Source of the DNA: a virus
Direction: 5' to 3' (one strand)
IMG/VR virus record: IMGVR_UViG_3300020579_000012
Location: 1-64,000 of that record
Length of the DNA: 64,000 bases
Positions 34,102 through 43,936 of the stretch are shown piece by piece (positions within the stretch are counted from its first letter, which is position 1; the number at the start of each line of letters is the position of its first letter). The notes beneath the pieces are model-generated. The model was not told where the DNA came from. It did not search any database and saw only the letters and a program-made list of their open reading frames with translations. A program made the position numbers and the translations under genes.

Positions 34102-34129
34102 TTGCCTTATTGGCCGGTGCTCATAATAA
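34102..34129 (+). promoter_or_regulatory. possible sigma70-like promoter TTGCCT-N16-TAATAA for the plus-strand module
   Basis: Read by eye in the divergent intergenic region; 12 nt before the ATG at 34142. Confidence 0.25.
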
Positions 34130-34141
34130 TAAGCACCATAG

Positions 34142-34396
34142 ATGGGTCGCCCACTTAAAGCAACACTGCCGATCAGTTTGAAGTGTCCTCTCAGCGGTGC
34201 GCTGATCGGTTCGAAAGCCTTCGACGAGCACTTTGCGAACGCCTATTCGGCGAAAAGCGGTCAGTCCGTCTACGTCCTCTGCTATCCACACGGCTTCCAG
34301 GGATTTATCAATAACCCTACTATCGTGGAGCTCGTCAATGCCGAAGCGGAAAAAGCTCGAGTCCGATCAGCCTCAGCCACTCCTCGACCCCACTGA
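34142..34396 (+). CDS. small hypothetical protein
   Basis: ORF track, 84 aa. The 3' end overlaps the next gene by 59 nt. Confidence 0.3.
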   Translation: MGRPLKATLPISLKCPLSGALIGSKAFDEHFANAYSAKSGQSVYVLCYPHGFQGFINNPTIVELVNAEAEKARVRSASATPRPH

Positions 34397-36395
34397 GGAC
34401 GCCTCCGTCGAGACGCAGACATTGCCGGAGCCAGACAACGGCCATCCCGAACAGATCGAGACGGTCGAGCCCGTTGAGCCGCCAGCGAAGGTTAAGTACT
34501 CGGCGGAAGGATCGCCACGTGCTGTTGCCGCCGCGGCCCGGAAGATTGCGAACGTCCAAGTAGCTCCGCTACCAATTCCATCCGATGATGTCGAACCGCC
34601 GGATGAGACCGATAACCTGCTTGCCGACGGTCACAATATGGTGATCGTTCAGCGTCAATTTCCGAAGTCCGTCGACATGGCGGACGGCTCGAAGCGTCGT
34701 TGCGCCGTCAAGCTTCCGGACCGCTATCAGTGCCCGACGACGCGCGAGGAGATCGAGAATGATGTCTTCGATCGGCATGGTGGGAAGAAGTACAAGTGTA
34801 CGATCCACCCGGCAACGACAAACGGTGAGTCGACGATTCTTGGCTTCTTTACGATCGAACATCCGGATCCGGAGGTCGAGCCGTACTTCGACGATGCACC
34901 TACCGCCGGGCAACAGGACCCTCGGGATACACGGACGATGGTTCATACAAGCGGTGGCGATCCGACCATGCACGAGACCGATGGACTCGCTAAGCTTCGT
35001 GCCGATGCTGAGCGACGTCTAGACCGCGCTCGTGTCCGAAAGGAGATGAAGGAGCTCGAGGCTGAGGCGAAGCGGCTCGAGGCTGAGATCGACGGGGACG
35101 GGAAACCGTCCGCTGCTTTACAGCCTACCGTAGAGTCCGACGAAGTGAAGAAGCTTCGTGCGGAACTCGCCGAGAAGGATCGCCTGCTTGCTAAAAAAGA
35201 AGTCAATGATCGTTTCGATAAGATTGAGAACGTCTTAGGAACAATCATGACGACGCTCGCGGCTCCAAAGCCCGTCGAGAAGTCCGGAGACAGCGAGTTA
35301 ATGAAGTTCATCACGAAGAAGATGGAAACAGACTCGACGCAGATCACGGCGCTTATGACTGCGCTCACGGCGAAGGCTCCGGCGCCGGTCCACTCCTCCG
35401 GAGACGACCTCGACAAGTTTCTGAGTCGGGCCGAGAAGTTGAAGGCGATTACCAGCAGCACTGATAGCAAAGGAGGTCGACTTTCGGAGATCGAGAATCG
35501 TTTGATAGACGTTGCCTGGGAGCGACTGCAGGGCGGCGATGGGGGCGACGAGACCGAGGACGTCGCAAAACTTGCCGTCAAGGAGTTCGCGCCGATCTTG
35601 AAGACCTTCGTCGAGCAGAAGATGAAGCAGGAGAGCGGTGCGAGCGGCGGAGCGCCGATCCCTCAGGAACGTCTCCAGCAGATCTACGCCGAGGCAGCTC
35701 AAGCCGCCGCAAAGAAAGTCACGGACGACCTTGCAGTCCAGGGTATTCAGCTTGCCCAGGGTGTCGACGGCCGATTGATTGCTATGACGGCGGTGAAGTC
35801 AGGACCGACAAAGTCGGTTGTTCCGCCACGACAGCACGCAGGTACAAAGGTCGTCGCCGAGCAGCGGACATCGTCAGGAGTCGTCAAGCAAGTTTCGATC
35901 AAACCGACAGACCTGACGAGCAAGACACAGCCGGAACCGCAGCCATCGGCGGAGCCGTCTAAGGAAGGAGGAGACGTGAAACAGGGAGAATTCCCGTTGC
36001 TCGGCGAGAACGGGGCGACTCTTAAGATTCCATTCCCGATCAGCCCCGGCGAGATGAAATATGACAGGAAGCGTGCCGTCGACTTCGTCCTAGCTGGAAT
36101 CCGATCGGAGATCCGGCAGCAGTTCCCGCAGAAGGCCGAGAACAATCAGCAGGTAGAGAGTTATGTTGCTTCAGACGCGATGGCCTACCTCGACGATGAG
36201 CTTCTCGATAGTCTTGAGGCGATCGACAACGGACCGCAGCTCGAGGCGCTTCTAATGCAGTCTGGCGGAGAAGCTTCGCAGATCAACGAGATCAAGAAGG
36301 CTGGTGAGGACGAGGTCGTTGCGAGCTTCTTGAGGCGTCTCATCAAGACGATTCAGACCGAGTGGATTAAAGAAAAGGCGAAGAACACGAAATAA
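34338..36395 (+). CDS. large acidic coiled-coil protein (scaffold or assembly candidate)
   Basis: ATG at 34338 (MPKRKKLESDQ...) with charged heptad stretches, e.g. KEMKELEAEAKRLEAEI. Confidence 0.65.
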   Translation: MPKRKKLESDQPQPLLDPTEDASVETQTLPEPDNGHPEQIETVEPVEPPAKVKYSAEGSPRAVAAAARKIANVQVAPLPIPSDDVEPPDETDNLLADGHNMVIVQRQFPKSVDMADGSKRRCAVKLPDRYQCPTTREEIENDVFDRHGGKKYKCTIHPATTNGESTILGFFTIEHPDPEVEPYFDDAPTAGQQDPRDTRTMVHTSGGDPTMHETDGLAKLRADAERRLDRARVRKEMKELEAEAKRLEAEIDGDGKPSAALQPTVESDEVKKLRAELAEKDRLLAKKEVNDRFDKIENVLGTIMTTLAAPKPVEKSGDSELMKFITKKMETDSTQITALMTALTAKAPAPVHSSGDDLDKFLSRAEKLKAITSSTDSKGGRLSEIENRLIDVAWERLQGGDGGDETEDVAKLAVKEFAPILKTFVEQKMKQESGASGGAPIPQERLQQIYAEAAQAAAKKVTDDLAVQGIQLAQGVDGRLIAMTAVKSGPTKSVVPPRQHAGTKVVAEQRTSSGVVKQVSIKPTDLTSKTQPEPQPSAEPSKEGGDVKQGEFPLLGENGATLKIPFPISPGEMKYDRKRAVDFVLAGIRSEIRQQFPQKAENNQQVESYVASDAMAYLDDELLDSLEAIDNGPQLEALLMQSGGEASQINEIKKAGEDEVVASFLRRLIKTIQTEWIKEKAKNTK

Positions 36396-36415
36396 CAATA
36401 AGGAGAGAGAATTCG

Positions 36416-36730
36416 ATGGCGCATCTCGAGAATATTCCAAGTCAGACTGTAATTCTTGACCAGATCGAGGACCTCTTTCGGCAGTCACTTGCCTTCAGTG
36501 GTCGGATCATCGGCGAGTTCTCGAAGTCTCATGGTTTTAGTGAATCTGAAACCAAGGACCTCATACTCGCAGCCGGTCCGCTTATCGCAACGGACTATTT
36601 GAAGCAGGTAACGGGTGTCGCACAGATCATCGAACGGGCAAACCAGAGTCAGATCGATGATATGGTGGACTCCATGGAGAAGATCCTCGTCGATATCCGC
36701 AAGAGGAACAAGCTGACAGACACGGCCTGA
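36416..36730 (+). CDS. hypothetical protein
   Basis: ORF track, 104 aa. Confidence 0.6.
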   Translation: MAHLENIPSQTVILDQIEDLFRQSLAFSGRIIGEFSKSHGFSESETKDLILAAGPLIATDYLKQVTGVAQIIERANQSQIDDMVDSMEKILVDIRKRNKLTDTA

Positions 36731-36759
36731 ACTGACCGTGTACACGGAGAATTTTCGAG

Positions 36760-37083
36760 ATGCCTCCTGATGAACAGGACGTCCAGATCCGCGCTCAGCG
36801 TGCGGCATTTATAAAGGCCTTTCAGGATATTTCCGTTGCGACGGCGAATCTTGCTGCGATCTCGAAGAAGCAGATCGAGCTCATGAACGCTATGATCGAC
36901 ACGGCGACTGGCCTAGCTGCTACGGTTATGGAACCGAAGGATGGTCTCCGAGATGTGATCGATGAGTTGATCGAAGAGATCAACGGGCTTCGGGGAGACA
37001 TTCGACTCATCGCGAAGGCAGGCGGCATGAACGGAGTGCTCGCGGCGCTCTTTTCCGGCGTGCGCGGACGGAAGGGTGGCTGA
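36760..37083 (+). CDS. hypothetical protein
   Basis: ORF track, 107 aa. Confidence 0.6.
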   Translation: MPPDEQDVQIRAQRAAFIKAFQDISVATANLAAISKKQIELMNAMIDTATGLAATVMEPKDGLRDVIDELIEEINGLRGDIRLIAKAGGMNGVLAALFSGVRGRKGG

Positions 37084-37085
37084 TG

Positions 37086-37235
37086 TGCGATTCTTTCGTT
37101 GGATCCGGCAGACGCTATGCGGCCTGCGTGGTCGTCATGATCCGCATACCGAAAATGTCGCCGCGCTTTGGGGGCGGACGCGCTGGTGCCGGGTCTGTCG
37201 GCGCTGTGGAAAGGTTCTCGAGATTTTATAATTCA
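37086..37235 (+). CDS. small zinc-ribbon protein (49 aa)
   Basis: Own translation from a GTG start: ...LCGLRGRHDPHTENVAALWGRTRWCRVCRRCGKVLEIL. Confidence 0.3.
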
Positions 37236-37365
37236 CATTTCGTTTGACAAACGGGTCTTCTTATCGCAAACTCTGACTTAGATGATTCGGCGGATCACCC
37301 GAACTGGGTGGACAAGCCGCGCGGCGTGAAGACGCTACGCGGCTTGCTTCGTTGAGAGACGAAAG

Positions 37366-37548
37366 ATGCCTGAGAGCAGCACGGTTGGTGGGGACCTTCG
37401 GTGTCCGGCCTGCGCGAACTGGATCCTGAGAGGATGGTTCGAGGGTGGGTTGAACCTGAAGTGCGGCAACAAGAGATGTGCCGCGCAGCTCCGAGTGGAG
37501 ATGCGATCCGGGAAGCCGACGATCACCGTGCTCTCGACAAAAAAGTAG
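37366..37548 (+). CDS. Com-like zinc-ribbon protein
   Basis: LRCPACANWILRGWFEGGLNLKCGNKRCAAQLRVEM resembles the Mu Com zinc-finger family. Confidence 0.5.
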   Translation: MPESSTVGGDLRCPACANWILRGWFEGGLNLKCGNKRCAAQLRVEMRSGKPTITVLSTKK

Positions 37549-37665
37549 GCGGATCGCCCGTCCTGGGCGGACAGCCTGGAGAAATCCAGGGAGCGCAATG
37601 CGCTGTTCGCTCGGTACAACCGAACGTAACCTGCACCTCCAGCTTAACTTAGTTCCTTCTTCTTC

Positions 37666-37699
37666 GAGGGGGCTCAGTTCCTCCATACTGAGCCCCCTC
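37666..37699 (+). promoter_or_regulatory. perfect 12-bp stem-loop GAGGGGGCTCAG/CTGAGCCCCCTC, 26 nt upstream of the 37726 start
   Basis: Read directly; 10-nt loop. Confidence 0.5.
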
Positions 37700-37725
37700 G
37701 CCCCATACACCGTCGGAGCCTCTCG

Positions 37726-39378
37726 ATGAGCAACACTGTCGAGAATCTCGATCGTGGCGTGTCAGGCACGTCGGCGACGCTCGACAAGATGCACCAGCTC
37801 GTCGCTCAGGGAAAACTCGACCCGACGTTTCAAAAGATTGCGACTTGGATCCGCGCATCCGTCTCACAGGATCGTCGTGGCAAGACCAAGGATACGGCCG
37901 ACGCGATCTTCGATTGGGTGAAGACGAGCGGGATCTTTCAGTCAGATCCATTTCAGATCGAGAAGATTGAAAGTCCGATCGAAGCGATGCGTCCGATCAT
38001 CCAGGCGCGTCAGGCAGGCACATATACGGGACCCGGTCTCTTTGTCGGTGACTGCGACACGTTTGCGATCATAACTGCGACACTTGGCGGCATTCTAGGT
38101 TTCCAGTACGCCTTCGAGACCGCGAAGGTCGACGCCTCTCGTCCGGACGAGTTTTCGCACGTCTGGACGGCACTACTTGTCGACAACGACTGGTACCCGC
38201 TCGACTCCTCGACTCCTGGCGCCTACCCAGGCTGGCGCCCTCCTGTCGCGCCGAATCTGCTGGCGCGTTGGCCGGAGCAACCGATCGAGAACTTCGTCAA
38301 GGGGTCCGTCATGAGCGCATTCAACCGCGGACTCGGCGATAACCAGACCTCACCGACTGCTGGAATTGACACAGCGTATCCGCAGGACTACATCGCCTAC
38401 GGTGTTCCGAAAGATTTTGGCGCTGGCCCTGGCGTGATTCCGCAAGCGAACTTCGATGATCTTCAACTTCTCCCGCCGCATGAGACGCAGATTCCGGACG
38501 CCGACATGCAGCCGGACATGCATCTGCTTAAGGCTGCGCCGCTACTAAACCCATCCGAACGGATCGAGTCGATCTCTGGATTCCCGACAAACGACCACGG
38601 AAACCCGTACTTCCAGAGCAAACCCGGCAACCCACGCTACAAGGTAGAAAACCAGTTTTACCCGCCCGGCTCGCGCTGGAACGGGCAGATGGGTCACGAC
38701 ATCGTCCGGTACGTTAAGACCGGGTCGTACGTGAAGGTCAAGAGTGCCGAGTCCCCAGAGAGACAAGTGAGGGCGAATATGGCTCAACCGATGATGGTTC
38801 GCAGGCGTATCATCATGTCGAACGGACGACAGATTCCGTTCGGTGCGATGGAGGGCCTCGGTCAGACTGATCCTGGTCTTGTCACGTCACTTGATCCGTC
38901 CGTCTCAGACCCGACAGCCACACCACCGGACACGTCGGGGATGGTTACGTCGCTTGGGCCGACTCCGGCTCCAGCTCCGACTCCAACTCCGGCTCCAGCA
39001 CCATCTTCGGCCTCCATCATGTCGACCGCCGTCACGTCGAATCAGCTTGCACCGACGCCGACTCCAGCCGCCTCATCGAGCCCGCAAGCCGCTGCCGCAG
39101 CATCCGCTGGAGGATCTGTCTGGTCGTCGATCTCATCTGCCTTCCAGGCTGCTGGAACGATCGCCCCGGCCGCGATGCAGTCATCGTTGATGCAGTCCGT
39201 TATCGCAGCGACGAACAAGCTTGCCGGGAAAACCGTTCTCGCACCCGGCGTCGTTCCATGGTACCTGAACCCGATCACGCTCTTCACGCTCGCCCTGATT
39301 GGTGGCGGCGGCTACTACATTCTGCACAAGAACCGTCCTGGGGGCTCCGGAACTCGCCGTCGCCGTCGGTACGCCTAA
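37726..39378 (+). CDS. transglutaminase-like cysteine-protease-fold protein with PAST-rich linker and C-terminal membrane anchor
   Basis: GDCDTFA (Cys), FSHVW (His), PLDSS (Asp). C-terminus LFTLALIGGGGYYILHKNRPGGSGTRRRRRYA. Confidence 0.6.
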   Translation: MSNTVENLDRGVSGTSATLDKMHQLVAQGKLDPTFQKIATWIRASVSQDRRGKTKDTADAIFDWVKTSGIFQSDPFQIEKIESPIEAMRPIIQARQAGTYTGPGLFVGDCDTFAIITATLGGILGFQYAFETAKVDASRPDEFSHVWTALLVDNDWYPLDSSTPGAYPGWRPPVAPNLLARWPEQPIENFVKGSVMSAFNRGLGDNQTSPTAGIDTAYPQDYIAYGVPKDFGAGPGVIPQANFDDLQLLPPHETQIPDADMQPDMHLLKAAPLLNPSERIESISGFPTNDHGNPYFQSKPGNPRYKVENQFYPPGSRWNGQMGHDIVRYVKTGSYVKVKSAESPERQVRANMAQPMMVRRRIIMSNGRQIPFGAMEGLGQTDPGLVTSLDPSVSDPTATPPDTSGMVTSLGPTPAPAPTPTPAPAPSSASIMSTAVTSNQLAPTPTPAASSSPQAAAAASAGGSVWSSISSAFQAAGTIAPAAMQSSLMQSVIAATNKLAGKTVLAPGVVPWYLNPITLFTLALIGGGGYYILHKNRPGGSGTRRRRRYA

Positions 39379-39382
39379 GTAA

Positions 39383-39652
39383 ATGTCTCAGATCATCTAC
39401 GTCCGGAGACCCGGCCTCGGCGACGTGACTTCATCGATCACGGACGCTGCGACCGCGTCTATGGCTCCCGTGATCGAGCAGATGCTCGTGAATGACGTTC
39501 TACCGATGGTTGTTGTCGGTATGGTTGCGGGAGCCGCCGTCGCCGCGTTCATCGGCACATGGTTTTCGCACAAGGCGATGCGTTCTGCAGGAGTTATCAG
39601 GAAGAATCCTGTCGCGCGGACGTACGTCTCGCTCCGACGGAGGCGTGCGTGA
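39383..39652 (+). CDS. small membrane protein with basic tail
   Basis: LPMVVVGMVAGAAVAAFIGTW ... IRKNPVARTYVSLRRRRA. Confidence 0.6.
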   Translation: MSQIIYVRRPGLGDVTSSITDAATASMAPVIEQMLVNDVLPMVVVGMVAGAAVAAFIGTWFSHKAMRSAGVIRKNPVARTYVSLRRRRA

Positions 39653-39675
39653 GCTGGCTGAATTTAAAATCAAGG

Positions 39676-42642
39676 ATGATGTCAGAGCTTCGGCGCTGGG
39701 CTCGAGGTATTACAGAGACCAGCGGCCCGGAGTTCAACTTCGACGCCGAGTCGGCAATCTGGTGGTTCGCAAACGACTACCACAGCGGCGGCGGCAGCGA
39801 GCTCTATCAGATCCTCTCGATGTCGAAACTCCGTCCCGGTCCGTCGCACCGTTCTGTCTCAGACGAGGGTGAGATCCCGGCGATGATGTACGAGGCTCTC
39901 GAGCAGAAGTTCATCCCGAAGGGTAAAGCTAAACGGAATCCTTCCCGTGTCCGAGCGAACAGTAACTACGCTCATCAGGACGCGAAGCTTTTCCAGATCG
40001 TCTACATCGGTCGATCGAAGTACCGAGCGATCGGACGGCTGCCAGACGGAATCATGCTCTGGAAGGGCTCAGGTCCGACGATTTATATGTTGATCGAGAA
40101 TGCCCAGGGCGAGTGGGGAACCGGTCGCTTCGACAACAAACTCTTCGCGCAGCCGGTCGCCCAGCAGTTCTCGCGTCTGCCGACAGAGACCAAGCGGTAC
40201 ATCATCACCCAGCAGAAACGCGGTTCGGCGATCACTCCGGGCGGCATCTGGAAGAACTCCGGAGGCTCCGTGCGGAAGAATATCTACACCTTTAACAATC
40301 CCGGCAACGCCCAGAAGATTCTCGCCGAGAACTTCATGCGCGGCGCGAACTCCGGCGTTGCATCGTCGATGTACATCCACGGGAACAGGATCTACTCGTA
40401 CGGCCCGCACTTCCCGATCGCGCAGCGGAACGACGACGGGACGATCCTGATCCGGCACCCGAGCAAGAAGGCGCCGTCAAAGACGACTGCGGGGCACATC
40501 TCCGCCGTCGTGAATGCTGCGCGTCAGGTCTACTCGCCCGACTCGATTCTGTATGACACGGCCGGGGAGCTTTCGGCTGAGGCGAAAGGTCCGGCGGCGT
40601 ACTCGAACCCAGGTGTCAGAAAAAACATCTACACGTTCAACAATCCGCGTGACTCCTCTGTCGAGTCCGCCGCTCGCGCGGTCGGTCTGTTCGTTGGAGT
40701 TTGGTCGCCTGGAGACGGACAGACACGATATCGCTTCTTCTCGAAGACAACGCGCGGTAGTCGGTATGCCGATTACCACGAGGGCGATGGCATCTACACG
40801 GCGCTCGGACGGAAGGACGCGCTGGCGTTCATTGCGGCATACGGGAAGGGCCGTGGAGCCAGGAGAAATCCAAAGACGTCGGTATATGTTATCGAAGGCT
40901 TCACACACCGTGGTCGACGCGGCAAAAGTCAACGGCGTGCGGAATTCAGGACGCCGTCTCTCACAGAGGCACGTGCGAGAGCGGAGCAGATATTCCAGGA
41001 GACCGGCGTTGTTGTTGCGATCACTCAGAGGAACCCACTGACACGCTCGGAGGCCGGATACCTGCTTCGGCATGCGAAGGCAGACGTCACCGAGGCAGCC
41101 GTCGCTCGCCGACATGGCCTGACCTACGAGCAGAAGTACGCCGTCGGACACGCCCGCGGGATCGGCTTCGCGGTCCAGGAGACAGGACCGAAGGCAGCGC
41201 GGAAGGCCTGGGTCGATCTCCATACGAGGTTGGATCGGGTCACTCGGAATCCGTGCTTGAATAATCCAACCTGCGCGAATCCGAGGCATCCGCACGGTCC
41301 TGTCGAGAACACAGCCTACGGACAGCGTCGTTCGTATGCCGACTTCGTCGCGCGGAAGCGTGCGGAGTACGGTGACAAGTTCGACGACTCGGATCTCGCG
41401 CCTCAGTTCATCCAGTACTACGAATCCGGCGCGCGGATCGAGGTCGAGTTCGTCTCGTCGACAACCGGTAAGCCGTACGAGACGAAGCGCGGTCGCGTCG
41501 GCGTGACGACCGGCTGGAAGCCTGTCTTTCTGCTCATGCTGACAACGAGAAGTATGGGTTCTCCGTACACGCTCGGGAAAAATGATCGTGTAGTCCGGTT
41601 CGTCCGGTCGAACCCTCTTACCGTCTCCGAAGACAGAGAGATCGAGCACGTCGCAAGACGTGAGAGGATCATAGGCGAGCAGATTCAGAGTCCCGGCAGC
41701 CGCGGGTATGCACTCGGTCACTCGGACGGAATGAACCACGTCCGGAGGAAGTACGGCCCTATTCGTCGCAACCCTCTCCTCCAGACGATCGGCCTGATGG
41801 CAAACCCGCCGGTCTCTGACCAGTGGAACAGGATGACGTCGCGCCAGCGACTCCATGCGCTCGAGTTCGTCGGCTACCCGACGGATTTCGCCAGTTCGAT
41901 GGCCCGGCGCCTCTGGATGACGCTTCCTGGGACTGCTCGCGAGCGCCTCGAGTCCGCTCGGCTCGACACGAGCTCGCGCGGGACGACCCGTCGGCGCGTC
42001 GCTGTGCCGGTCGGGGCGAATCCTCTGACACGGACAGAATCAGGTCAGATCCTTCGGGATGCGAGATTTGACGCCCGTTACGGATCGACATTTCAGGGTG
42101 GACACACTCGCTCATCCCGTGCCGGGATGGCCTGGGCGAAGGCGAAAGTCGTCCGTCAGTACGGACCGAAGAGCGCTCGTCGCGCTGCGAGTCGGATTGC
42201 CGATAAAGCTCGGACTGTGGCGCGGACGGCGATGTCGAACCCCGGTGTCCGCTTCCCGAAGCCCGGCACGAAGTTGACCGTTGCACAAGCCTTCGAGCTC
42301 GCGCGCCGGATCGGCGATCGGGCCCTGATCGAGCAGTGCCGGAAGGCGCTGAAGCTCCAGAAGGCCGCCAACAAGGACGTCAAGTGTGTCATCTGGAAGA
42401 CCTTTCCGATGGGCTCGAAAGGACAAATCGACTCGGTGATCGCCCTGACGCACTACGGCGACTCGCCGGAGACGATGTACCGGCCGCCGCCAGGATCGAA
42501 GAAGGGCAACCACATGTACCGTCACAACTGGGGCGAGAAGGGCGGCAAGCAGACCGTCCCGCTGCTCGCCTCGGCGGACGGGAAGATGCTGCTGATGCCG
42601 CTTGAAGGTAAGAAGGTCGCTTCCGATTGGCTGAGGCATTGA
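39676..42642 (+). CDS. 988-aa basic multi-repeat protein (internal or core virion protein candidate)
   Basis: ATG ATG at 39676. VRKNIYTFNNP occurs twice, NPLT(R/V)(S/T)E modules three times, and there are many [RKS]NP motifs. Confidence 0.7.
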   Translation: MMSELRRWARGITETSGPEFNFDAESAIWWFANDYHSGGGSELYQILSMSKLRPGPSHRSVSDEGEIPAMMYEALEQKFIPKGKAKRNPSRVRANSNYAHQDAKLFQIVYIGRSKYRAIGRLPDGIMLWKGSGPTIYMLIENAQGEWGTGRFDNKLFAQPVAQQFSRLPTETKRYIITQQKRGSAITPGGIWKNSGGSVRKNIYTFNNPGNAQKILAENFMRGANSGVASSMYIHGNRIYSYGPHFPIAQRNDDGTILIRHPSKKAPSKTTAGHISAVVNAARQVYSPDSILYDTAGELSAEAKGPAAYSNPGVRKNIYTFNNPRDSSVESAARAVGLFVGVWSPGDGQTRYRFFSKTTRGSRYADYHEGDGIYTALGRKDALAFIAAYGKGRGARRNPKTSVYVIEGFTHRGRRGKSQRRAEFRTPSLTEARARAEQIFQETGVVVAITQRNPLTRSEAGYLLRHAKADVTEAAVARRHGLTYEQKYAVGHARGIGFAVQETGPKAARKAWVDLHTRLDRVTRNPCLNNPTCANPRHPHGPVENTAYGQRRSYADFVARKRAEYGDKFDDSDLAPQFIQYYESGARIEVEFVSSTTGKPYETKRGRVGVTTGWKPVFLLMLTTRSMGSPYTLGKNDRVVRFVRSNPLTVSEDREIEHVARRERIIGEQIQSPGSRGYALGHSDGMNHVRRKYGPIRRNPLLQTIGLMANPPVSDQWNRMTSRQRLHALEFVGYPTDFASSMARRLWMTLPGTARERLESARLDTSSRGTTRRRVAVPVGANPLTRTESGQILRDARFDARYGSTFQGGHTRSSRAGMAWAKAKVVRQYGPKSARRAASRIADKARTVARTAMSNPGVRFPKPGTKLTVAQAFELARRIGDRALIEQCRKALKLQKAANKDVKCVIWKTFPMGSKGQIDSVIALTHYGDSPETMYRPPPGSKKGNHMYRHNWGEKGGKQTVPLLASADGKMLLMPLEGKKVASDWLRH

Positions 42643-42652
42643 GGGTGAGATC

Positions 42653-43762
42653 ATGATCGGAGCACTTGTATTTGCGAACCCCGGGCGGCCTGTCGCCGCA
42701 CGGCGGAGACGTTCACGTTCCAGAACCGCCCGCGCGACGGGCAAGGAGATCAGGATGGCACGCACTCGTACGCGCCGTCGGGCAGGGCGGCGTAGGAATG
42801 CCAAAGGGCATTTCATGAAGACACGCCGGTCGTCCCGGCGTCGGAACCCCAGCGGTCACATCAAGGTAGGCCGCCGCTGGAGGAAGATCACGAAGTTCGC
42901 CACGCGCCGCAAGCGCGGCAAGCGTCGCGGACAGATTCGTGGGTTTCACTTTCCGAAGCGGTATCGCCGGTCGCGTCGGCGCGTCCACCGGAACCCGGTG
43001 GTCGTGTCGAATCCGCGTCGGAGCCGTCGTCGGGCCCGCCGGAATCCGTACCGTCGGAGCTATCGGCACGCGCGCCGGAACCCGGCCGTGTCGATGCGTC
43101 TGTCGAACGATCCGATCGCGGCGATCAAGAATGCGCTGATGTCGGCGTTCTCGATGGACACCGCAGAGACGCTGTTCCAGATGGGCCTCGGCTTCGGCGG
43201 TGCGATGTCTATGAGCAAGTGGCTGTACGTTCAGCCCTGGATGCCCGCCACGGCCACGACGGCGCCGTTCGTGCAGGTCGGGTCGACGCTGTTGTCGACC
43301 GCGCTGTTGACCGGTGCGTCGGTTCTGCTCAAGAATCCGAAGTTGACGGCCCGGGTCCTGACCGGCGGTCTCTTCGCAACGCTTTGGCAGGGGCTCTCTC
43401 TGGCGGTTGCCGGAACCCCGGTCCAGCAGTTCATTCCGACCCTCTCCGGTTCGCCGGAGACCGATGCCTTCCGGAAGGCGATCGAGGCGGAGGTCCTCAA
43501 GGAGCTCAAGGGTGGCGGCGTCCACGGCTACCTGCGTGCGGCGGGTTCCGAGGGGATGTCGACCTACCTGCAGCCTGCCGGGATCGCGTACCTCAAGCCC
43601 GCGGGCAGCGAGGCGTACCTGACCCAGGTGAACACCGAGCGTGCGAACGCCGGGATGGGCGCCTATTTGACCCAGGTCAATTCCGAGATGGCGAATGCCG
43701 GAGTCGGACACGACCAGGGCGACGACGAGTTCTCCCGTCGGGGCATGTCGGAGAGGTTCTAG
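42653..43762 (+). CDS. arginine-rich (protamine-like) N-terminal domain fused to a hydrophobic C-terminal half
   Basis: RRRRSRSRTARATG...RTRTRRRAGRRRN...RRSRRRVHRNP... Confidence 0.7.
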   Translation: MIGALVFANPGRPVAARRRRSRSRTARATGKEIRMARTRTRRRAGRRRNAKGHFMKTRRSSRRRNPSGHIKVGRRWRKITKFATRRKRGKRRGQIRGFHFPKRYRRSRRRVHRNPVVVSNPRRSRRRARRNPYRRSYRHARRNPAVSMRLSNDPIAAIKNALMSAFSMDTAETLFQMGLGFGGAMSMSKWLYVQPWMPATATTAPFVQVGSTLLSTALLTGASVLLKNPKLTARVLTGGLFATLWQGLSLAVAGTPVQQFIPTLSGSPETDAFRKAIEAEVLKELKGGGVHGYLRAAGSEGMSTYLQPAGIAYLKPAGSEAYLTQVNTERANAGMGAYLTQVNSEMANAGVGHDQGDDEFSRRGMSERF

Positions 43763-43781
43763 ATCAGAGCGATCGAAGGGA

Positions 43782-43846
43782 GCACCGGGGACGTGAGTCT
43801 CCGGTGCCTCCCCGAGGGGTGTCCAGAACGGACGCCCCTCGGGGAG
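43782..43846 (+). terminator. twin GC-rich hairpins (second has a 12-bp perfect stem, CTCCCCGAGGGG/CCCCTCGGGGAG)
   Basis: Read directly, after the stop at 43762; no U-tract. Confidence 0.4.
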
Positions 43847-43936
43847 CCGGGCCAGAACGCCAGCCCGTCCCGCGGTATTTTGTGGACGAAAGTCCCGGCC
43901 GATGCGGAAGTGGCGTGAGATCGAAAGGTGGAAGCC

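Noticed and set aside
39676-42642. 988-aa protein as a tail tape-measure protein, and NPG motifs as 2A-like ribosome-skipping sites
   Set aside because: The composition (Arg-rich, modular repeats, few long helical Ala/Gly-rich stretches) does not resemble tape-measure proteins, and no tail genes flank it. None of the NP sites has the full D(V/I)ExNPGP 2A consensus.
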